From a virus: a stretch of 38,997 nucleotides of DNA. Under the pieces are notes generated by a model. It searched no databases, was not told the DNA's origin, and saw nothing but the letters and a program-made list of their open reading frames with translations. Of the stretch, positions 34,159-38,997 are shown in pieces. Positions within the stretch are counted from its first letter, which is position 1, and the number at the start of each line of letters is the position of its first letter. The stretch lies in the IMG/VR virus record IMGVR_UViG_3300019471_000044; one strand, given 5' to 3'. A program made the translations under genes and the position numbers.

Positions 34159-34289
34159 AAAAAGCCCCACGCTCTAAAACTTTGGCGAGTCTGAGCGTGA
34201 GACAGTCAAGATAAAGAAAGGTTTCAAAATGAATATTTTGAAAGGTGTCTTTCTATACTCTATTTTAGCAGAAAAGGAGTATAGAAACA

Positions 34290-35735
34290 ATGGATAAGAT
34301 CAATAAAGTCGCTCTATATGTGCGCGTGTCTACCACTTCCCAACTAGAAGAGGGCTACTCAATCGAAGAACAAAAGGCAAAGCTGGAGAGCTACTGCGAT
34401 ATTAAGGACTGGCACATTTACAAGGTATATACAGACGGGGGTTTCTCTGGCTCTACAACCGAGCGCCCAGCCCTCGAACAACTGATAAAAGACGCTCAAA
34501 GCAAGTTATTCGACACGGTACTAGTATATAAGCTTGATCGCTTGAGTCGTAGCCAAAAGGACACGCTCTACTTGATCGAGGATATCTTCTTAAAAAATAA
34601 TATCGAGTTCGTGAGCCTACTCGAAAATTTTGACACGTCTACACCTTTCGGGCGGGCCGTTATAGGTTTATTGTCCGTGTTTGCTCAACTAGAGCGCGAG
34701 CAGATAAAAGAGCGTATGCAGTTAGGCAAGCTGGGCCGTGCCAAAGCTGGAAAGTCTATGATGTGGGCTAAAACCTCATATGGCTACAACTACGACAAAG
34801 AAACAGGGTCAATGACCGTCAACGAATATGAGGCCCTGGCAGTTAAAGAAATATTTACTTCTTACTTGGCCGGTATGTCTATCACTAAATTAAGAGACAA
34901 GATAAACGAAGAATATCCCAAACAACCAGCTTGGAGTTATCGCACAATCAGAGGAATACTAGCCAATCCTGTATATTGTGGATTGAACCAATATAAGGGG
35001 CAGACGTTCCAGGGGACACATAAGGCCATAATATCGCTAGATGATTTTGAGCAAACACAAAGAGAGCTGGCTAAACGGCAGCAGACAGCTAAAGAACTAT
35101 CGAACCCTCGACCATTCCAAGCTAAATATATGCTGTCCGGACTGGCTCAATGCGGGTACTGCCACGCGCCTCTAAAAGTCATTTTAGGTCAAAAGAGGAA
35201 AGACGGTACACGCTTCAAAAGATACGAGTGCTACCAACGACACCCAAGGAAGACAAAGGGTGTCACGGTATACAATGACAATCAAAAGTGCGACTCTGGA
35301 TACTATGACATGGATCTATTAGAGCATTATGTGTTAACACGCATCGCCCAGCTACAGAATGACCCAGACAAGATAAAAGAACTATTTTCGGACGATACAA
35401 GCCCAGCGGTTGACAAGCAAGCAATCCAGAAGCAGATAGACAGCTTAACTCTAAAACTTAGCAAGCTGAACGATCTATACTTGGACGATAGGATCACGCT
35501 GGACGAATTAAGAGCTAAGTCTTCAGATTTCATCAAGCAAAGGGCTACCCTGGAAGAAGAAATAAAAAAAGCCTCGAACGATAAGCAAGCGGGCAAAAGA
35601 GAGAGGATTGAAAAACTGTTAGATGCCAGTAGTGTACTTGATATGTCCTACGATAATCAAAAAGTTATTGTCAGAGAGCTGATCGACAAGGTGCAAGTCA
35701 CATCTGACAAGATAGTGATCCGTTGGAAAATTTGA
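34290..35735 (+). CDS. int: Large serine recombinase (integrase)
   Basis: N-terminal resolvase catalytic domain (ALYVRVSTTSQLEEGYSIEEQ, VYKLDRLSRS). It also has a recombinase domain, a Cys-rich zinc ribbon (CGYCHAP...YECYQ) and a coiled coil. 481 aa. Confidence 0.95.
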   Translation: MDKINKVALYVRVSTTSQLEEGYSIEEQKAKLESYCDIKDWHIYKVYTDGGFSGSTTERPALEQLIKDAQSKLFDTVLVYKLDRLSRSQKDTLYLIEDIFLKNNIEFVSLLENFDTSTPFGRAVIGLLSVFAQLEREQIKERMQLGKLGRAKAGKSMMWAKTSYGYNYDKETGSMTVNEYEALAVKEIFTSYLAGMSITKLRDKINEEYPKQPAWSYRTIRGILANPVYCGLNQYKGQTFQGTHKAIISLDDFEQTQRELAKRQQTAKELSNPRPFQAKYMLSGLAQCGYCHAPLKVILGQKRKDGTRFKRYECYQRHPRKTKGVTVYNDNQKCDSGYYDMDLLEHYVLTRIAQLQNDPDKIKELFSDDTSPAVDKQAIQKQIDSLTLKLSKLNDLYLDDRITLDELRAKSSDFIKQRATLEEEIKKASNDKQAGKRERIEKLLDASSVLDMSYDNQKVIVRELIDKVQVTSDKIVIRWKI

Positions 35736-35787
35736 TAAATTTGGTTACGCTATTTTCAATCAAAGAAAGTAAATTTGTCACTCGGAC

Positions 35788-35816
35788 AAAAATAAAAAAC
35801 CTTGCTAAATGCAAGG
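35788..35816 (-). terminator. Intrinsic terminator ending the candidate ncRNA
   Basis: Minus strand CCUUGC-AUUUA-GCAAGG followed by UUUUUUAUUUUUG. There is no U-tract on the plus strand. Confidence 0.75.
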
Positions 35817-36398
35817 ACACGAACTTTAAACAATCAACTAAATGAGCCTTCGCTCTACTTCAATTGTACGCAATTTATTGACCGATAGCCTACCACGGTC
35901 TGAGCCATAAGGAGCGACCCTATAACTTCCGTAGCGATTAAATGACTAGGCACGACTGGTTACGTCCAACTTTCACCCAACATTCAGAAATATATTTTAA
36001 GCACTAATACATTCTAATGTATCGTCTGCACATTTTGGGCTACTTGTACTTATCTTTGGTGTTATTGGCCAATCCCTCGACCTCAAGTGCAAAACGGTTT
36101 AATTTAGCATTTCTAGTTCGGTTCTTACTGCTACGCAAGGCCTACCCAGATTATTCTTTCACCGAAAGCGTCTATTGTCACCGCCACCGTCTGATAATGG
36201 TCTAATTACGCACAACCTCTATACTGCATACACCCTCAATCTTCTTACACTTCATGATCTCTTTCAATTACTCAAAAGAGAATTACTTATCCCTCCGCAA
36301 TATCTCACGGAGAGCGTAACGGGAATTATGTATACAATCCAAGCAAGGTGTCACCCTATCTACACTTGGTTATTCAGTAGATTGTTTAAAATCCGTGT
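35790..36398 (-). ncRNA. Candidate large noncoding RNA of about 610 nt (family undetermined)
   Basis: Bounded by a near-consensus promoter and an intrinsic terminator. The minus strand has no ORF >=60 aa, and only ATG ORFs under 20 codons were found by eye. The transcript is G-rich and C-poor and has multiple local helices, some needing G-U pairs valid only on this strand. Confidence 0.55.
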
Positions 36399-36404
36399 AC
36401 AATT

Positions 36405-36433
36405 ATTATAGCACTGTTAGTCGTTTTTTTCAA
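36405..36433 (-). promoter_or_regulatory. Near-consensus sigma70 promoter of the candidate ncRNA
   Basis: Minus strand: TTGAAA (36433-36428), a 17-nt spacer ending in TGC (extended -10), then TATAAT (36410-36405). Confidence 0.7.
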
Positions 36434-36447
36434 GTAAATAACAGCAT

Positions 36448-36513
36448 AATTGCCGTTGTAATAGACATTTTTAAAAATTGCCGTTATAAACACAAAAACC
36501 ACCAATTGCCGTT
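36448..36513 (+). repeat. Three direct copies of AATTGCCGTT at exact 28-bp spacing
   Basis: Copies are at 36448-36457, 36476-36485 and 36504-36513. The third forms the loop and inner stem of the bidirectional terminator. Confidence 0.85.
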
Positions 36514-36522
36514 GGTGGTTTT
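36495..36522. terminator. Bidirectional intrinsic terminator after the moron cassette
   Basis: AAAACCACCAA-TTGCCG-TTGGTGGTTTT has an 11-bp stem with an A-tract upstream and a T-tract downstream, so it works on both strands. Confidence 0.8.
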
Positions 36523-36567
36523 AAGCAAGGTGATAGTATTCGATTATCACTTATATTATATCACATT

Positions 36568-36990
36568 TTAAAATATACTGCTATCCCTTTCCATTTCTTC
36601 CACGACTGCAGCGGTCAGCATCTTCTCAGCAAGATCTCCCTCTTCAATTTCATCTGGACTATAATAATAATCAATGATCATGCGCTTTTCCATGACCTCA
36701 TTGTATTCGCCTCGCACAACATAGAGGTATTCATCAGTTAGGCCTTCTTCGATGTCAGCGGTAAGTTCATCAAGTAGATCGCTATAATCGTAACTAAATG
36801 TATAATGCCCATCATTGATCCATCTTTGAATCTTTTCAAGGGTCTCTACGGTCAAATCTTCAAACCGTTTTTTTCCGGACCGTAGTCGAGAAATCCCGGA
36901 CTGTGGTACTCCAGTAGATTGCCAAAGTGCATAGCCAGAAATAGCCTTATTCATCAAGACCATTTTGACCCTCTCAGTGTTAATAATCAT
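36568..36990 (-). CDS. HTH protein with unknown C-terminal domain (Aca / AcrIIA1-like architecture), moron gene D
   Basis: 140 aa with RBS AAGGAG. The N-terminal HTH-like segment is ISGYALWQSTGVPQSGISRLRSGKKRFEDLTVETLEKI and the C-terminal half is acidic. It is the last gene of the cassette. Confidence 0.7.
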   Translation of the reverse strand: MIINTERVKMVLMNKAISGYALWQSTGVPQSGISRLRSGKKRFEDLTVETLEKIQRWINDGHYTFSYDYSDLLDELTADIEEGLTDEYLYVVRGEYNEVMEKRMIIDYYYSPDEIEEGDLAEKMLTAAVVEEMERDSSIF

Positions 36991-37001
36991 TTTAAATCTC
37001 C

Positions 37002-37424
37002 TTAAATAACATCTTTTTTAGTTTTAAAACCTTTGTAGTAACATTTCATTTCATAGTCTAGACTTGTAGCGTTGATAAATCTGTATTTATCAAGATCAAG
37101 ACTCTCAACTTTTTCAATTATTTTGTCTAAATGATTTTTTATAATATCTACAAAATTAAGTTTACTCGCTTTCACGTTAACAATCAAGTGGCCATTTTCT
37201 AAATCATGATATTGATTATCTGCAGAATGGTTAGATAATCGGATTTCATACTTGCCGAAATCTTTATATGCGCTGTCTTTCATACTTGATAAAGACCAGC
37301 CGTCTAGTTCGTCAAATGCTTGTTCCAATTCGTCCATTGCTTGAGCGTACTCTCTGCGTTGTTTGTCGCTACGATTAAAACTGCGTTTTCTGTACGCGTT
37401 ATATTTACTTTTTCCGTATGCCAT
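37002..37424 (-). CDS. Hypothetical protein, moron gene C (140 aa)
   Basis: RBS AAGAGGT. The N-terminus is basic (KSKYNAYRKRSFNRSDKQRR). No motif recognised. Very AT-rich. Confidence 0.65.
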   Translation of the reverse strand: MAYGKSKYNAYRKRSFNRSDKQRREYAQAMDELEQAFDELDGWSLSSMKDSAYKDFGKYEIRLSNHSADNQYHDLENGHLIVNVKASKLNFVDIIKNHLDKIIEKVESLDLDKYRFINATSLDYEMKCYYKGFKTKKDVI

Positions 37425-37455
37425 TTTTGTCTACCTCTTTCTTTATCTTGGTTAC

Positions 37456-37484
37456 AGTATACTATATTGCTTGCTTTACAGCAA
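37456..37484 (-). promoter_or_regulatory. Internal promoter P2 of the moron cassette
   Basis: Minus strand: TTGCTG (37484-37479), a 17-nt spacer, then TATACT (37461-37456). The spacer and -35 box are covered by the 32-bp palindrome. Confidence 0.5.
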
Positions 37485-37493
37485 GCAATATAG
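37462..37493. promoter_or_regulatory. Perfect 32-bp palindrome (13-bp arms, 6-bp spacer): operator and/or hairpin
   Basis: CTATATTGCTTGC-TTTACA-GCAAGCAATATAG. There is no U-tract after it on the minus strand. Confidence 0.8.
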
Positions 37494-37511
37494 CTAAAAA
37501 AATAAAAGTTT

Positions 37512-37781
37512 TTATTCTGCCATGTCTAAGTATCCGCATTCTTCAAGGGTTTTTATTCTTTTTTCGACTTCCTCGAATTGATAAGCGTAGTTACCGCGAA
37601 AGACTTCGTAAACAATATCTCCCTCGTTGGTTTCGTATTTTACAAACCCGTCAAAGATTGTGCTGAAAATAATAGGTTCTAGCTCAAGGCCGTTAAATAC
37701 AATCTCATCGAGTGCTTGTTCTGCAGATAGGATCTCGAATGTTTCGCTGATGTGATCTACTTTCATTATAACGTTTTTCAT
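37512..37781 (-). CDS. Small acidic protein, moron gene B (89 aa)
   Basis: RBS AAGAGGA. My hand count gives about 20 Asp/Glu against 7 Lys/Arg. Confidence 0.65.
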   Translation of the reverse strand: MKNVIMKVDHISETFEILSAEQALDEIVFNGLELEPIIFSTIFDGFVKYETNEGDIVYEVFRGNYAYQFEEVEKRIKTLEECGYLDMAE

Positions 37782-37804
37782 TTTATTTTCCTCTTTTATT
37801 TATT

Positions 37805-38152
37805 TTAATCTTCGTTCCATTCAAGCTCTTCGCCGTTGTGGCGATTTGCAGCGTAACTTAATTCAGTTTCGATTAGGTATTCGGCAAAATCGTTAACGTC
37901 GGCGTCGCACCAGTTCGAGCTATTATCAATATCAAGTGGAAATTCAAATTCTGCATTTTCTAAACCATCACGCCAATAACTTTTTTCGAGTGAAATGACG
38001 TAAACTATATTTTCTTCATCGTTACCAAAGCTCCCAATTTCTCTTGTATCTACGCTACCGTCTTTATACACGATCGCTTCCATACCGTCCCAGCCAACTT
38101 GACAAGCAATTTTGTTTGCTACTTTTTTAATGCTTGCGTTTACTTTTGTCAT
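37805..38152 (-). CDS. Small acidic protein, moron gene A (115 aa)
   Basis: First gene after P1. My hand count gives about 26 Asp/Glu against 9 Lys/Arg. Confidence 0.65.
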   Translation of the reverse strand: MTKVNASIKKVANKIACQVGWDGMEAIVYKDGSVDTREIGSFGNDEENIVYVISLEKSYWRDGLENAEFEFPLDIDNSSNWCDADVNDFAEYLIETELSYAANRHNGEELEWNED

Positions 38153-38201
38153 TTTCTTTTACCTGAGATCTTCTTGATCTCCCTTTCTTTATCTTGATTG
38201 A

Positions 38202-38230
38202 ATTATATCACTATACTTGCTGTACGTCAA
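38202..38230 (-). promoter_or_regulatory. Strong sigma70 promoter P1 of the moron cassette
   Basis: Minus strand: TTGACG (38230-38225), a 17-nt spacer, then TATAAT (38207-38202). The inverted repeat TACTTG-N8-CAAGTA overlaps the -35 box and spacer. Confidence 0.75.
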
Positions 38231-38285
38231 GTACTTCTACAAAAATAATTAAAGATTTTTTTAATTTGTAACTAGTTTCAGCGCA

Positions 38286-38313
38286 CAAAAAAAGCCCTCC
38301 CGAAATGGGAGGG
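38286..38313 (-). terminator. Intrinsic terminator ending the late operon
   Basis: Minus strand CCCUCCC-AUUUC-GGGAGGG followed by CUUUUUUUG, 9 nt after the stop of the wrap-around gene. Confidence 0.85.
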
Positions 38314-38321
38314 GAAGTACA

Positions 38322-38997
38322 TTATATAGGAACTGCTTCGAGCACTTCTACTCGTTTTAGTAAGTTTTGAAACGCTTCTTTTGATACGTAAGCCGTGCTG
38401 GCCTGGTGGCTAGTAAGGAAGTTGTCTCCACCATTCCTGAGCTTTTCGTCGATCAGCGCGTCAAGGCCCAACTCTAAGTGTTTATTTTTAATGTTGCTTG
38501 TCATTTGAGCTTGTAACGTGGTATATGTTGCAAAAGTCTGATAAGCCATTTCCGAGGTCATATACGCGCTCAAGTCAACCGCTGGTGCTGTTGATGCCGG
38601 CTTGTTTTCCAAAGCCTCCACGCGCTTTTCTAGTGGCCCTAAATCGAGCGTTTGAACCGTTGGAGCTGGTTTATTCTCTAGCGCTTGGACCGATAGGGCC
38701 AATGATTGTACTCGGCTTTCTAATGGTCCAAGATCAACCGTTGTAGCTTGTGGCCGTGCTTCGAGTGCTTCGATCCGTGCGACTAGTGGCCCGTCATTGT
38801 ACGCTTGTACAGTGTGGCCAGCGAGATAGTTTGCGATCTCGTCGCGTAAGCTGACCTTACCAAGCTCAACCATCTCCGCTGACTGGTATTCCTCCGCTGA
38901 CTGGACCACGTCAACTCTGACGCTCTGGTCGCTGGGAAATACGTAGCCGGCGCACTCAACCTCGACAAGATAGCTCTCAACCGGTAGCACCTTGGGA
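38322..38997 (-). CDS. 3' part of the wrap-around last late gene (coiled-coil repeat C-terminus)
   Basis: Continuous with 1-342 through the overlap, since 38871-38997 equals 1-127. The C-terminus has reiterated units: IEALEARPQATTVDLGPLESRVQSL, VQALENKPAPTVQTLDLGPLEKRVEALENKPAS. Confidence 0.8.
   Translation of the reverse strand, partial: PKVLPVESYLVEVECAGYVFPSDQSVRVDVVQSAEEYQSAEMVELGKVSLRDEIANYLAGHTVQAYNDGPLVARIEALEARPQATTVDLGPLESRVQSLALSVQALENKPAPTVQTLDLGPLEKRVEALENKPASTAPAVDLSAYMTSEMAYQTFATYTTLQAQMTSNIKNKHLELGLDALIDEKLRNGGDNFLTSHQASTAYVSKEAFQNLLKRVEVLEAVPI
38871..38997. repeat. Terminal overlap copy 2 (identical to 1-127)
   Basis: See copy 1. Confidence 0.95.

Larger units (their letters stand above)
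1..38870. mobile_element. Complete temperate siphovirus genome (circular map, unique length 38870 bp)
   Basis: All modules are present: lysogeny, replication/recombination, packaging, head, tail and lysis. An exact 127-bp end overlap closes the circle, and one ORF is continuous across the junction. Confidence 0.9.

Noticed and set aside
34159-34210. Hairpin CACGCTC-N18-GAGCGTG after the lipoprotein gene, considered as a terminator
   Set aside because: The loop is large and no U-tract follows. The int gene is probably co-transcribed or read through, so this was not annotated as a terminator.
36017-36411. Plus-strand ORFs 36017-36205 (62 aa) and 36175-36411 (78 aa) in the int-moron gap
   Set aside because: Neither has a Shine-Dalgarno sequence. 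Their composition is odd (Leu/Tyr/His/Pro-rich) and they overlap each other. The promoter and terminator signals in the region are on the opposite strand. The region is better explained as noncoding (ncRNA and/or attP).
36448-36513. Regularly spaced repeats considered as a mini-CRISPR array
   Set aside because: The repeat unit is only 10 bp, with 18-bp spacers and three copies. There are no cas genes and no leader. This does not fit CRISPR repeat dimensions.
37418-37666. Plus-strand ORF of 82 aa across the moron P2 region
   Set aside because: It is antisense to gene B and the P2 leader. It is a hydrophobic, low-complexity translation of AT-rich DNA and has no RBS.
1-38997. Search for CRISPR-Cas, retron/DGR reverse transcriptase, classic toxin-antitoxin pairs, transposases/IS elements and rRNA
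   Set aside because: No reverse-transcriptase, Cas or transposase-like ORFs were recognised among the translated ORFs, and no rRNA-like sequence was seen. The only recombinase is the serine integrase.

Overview
The window is a complete, circularly closed genome (38,870 bp unique) of a temperate siphovirus from a low-GC Gram-positive host. The host looks Lactobacillales-like, but that is inference. Bases 1-127 repeat exactly at 38871-38997, and one late gene reads across this junction.

Almost everything is on the minus strand. Read high to low coordinates, the order is:
- cro-like regulator and early/replication genes: DnaD-like organizer, DnaC-like loader, Gp157, ERF, SSB, RuvC-like resolvase, MazG-like, DNA methyltransferase, YopX
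- ArpU-like late regulator and a tRNA-like gene
- a ParB-methyltransferase gene split by a G8 tract
- terS, terL, portal, head morphogenesis protein, scaffold, capsid and head-tail connectors
- major tail protein, chaperones, tape measure, Dit and Tal
- two holin-like genes and the endolysin
- a last late gene (BppU_N-like with coiled-coil repeats)
- a separately promoted four-gene AT-rich moron cassette

The lysogeny module is on the plus strand: cI-like repressor, ImmA-like protease, lipoprotein and large serine integrase.

Signals most worth follow-up:
1. An approximately 610-nt noncoding unit with a near-consensus promoter and an intrinsic terminator (35788-36433, minus), lying between the moron cassette and int. 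It is a candidate large structured phage RNA. ROOL/GOLLD-like is possible but unverified.
2. The moron cassette has anti-CRISPR/anti-defence operon architecture. It has strong promoters, two very acidic small proteins, an unknown protein and a terminal HTH protein, with long palindromes over the promoters.
3. An exact 14-nt box, CAAGATAAAGAAAG, sits at the start of both moron leaders and again upstream of int.
4. A compact plus-strand promoter-terminator pair (30587-30676) predicts an approximately 55-nt antisense sRNA inside the early operon.
5. A G8 homopolymer frameshift splits the ParB-methyltransferase gene.
6. The tRNA-like gene has non-canonical features.

All family names come from motif recognition by eye. 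No database search was run.
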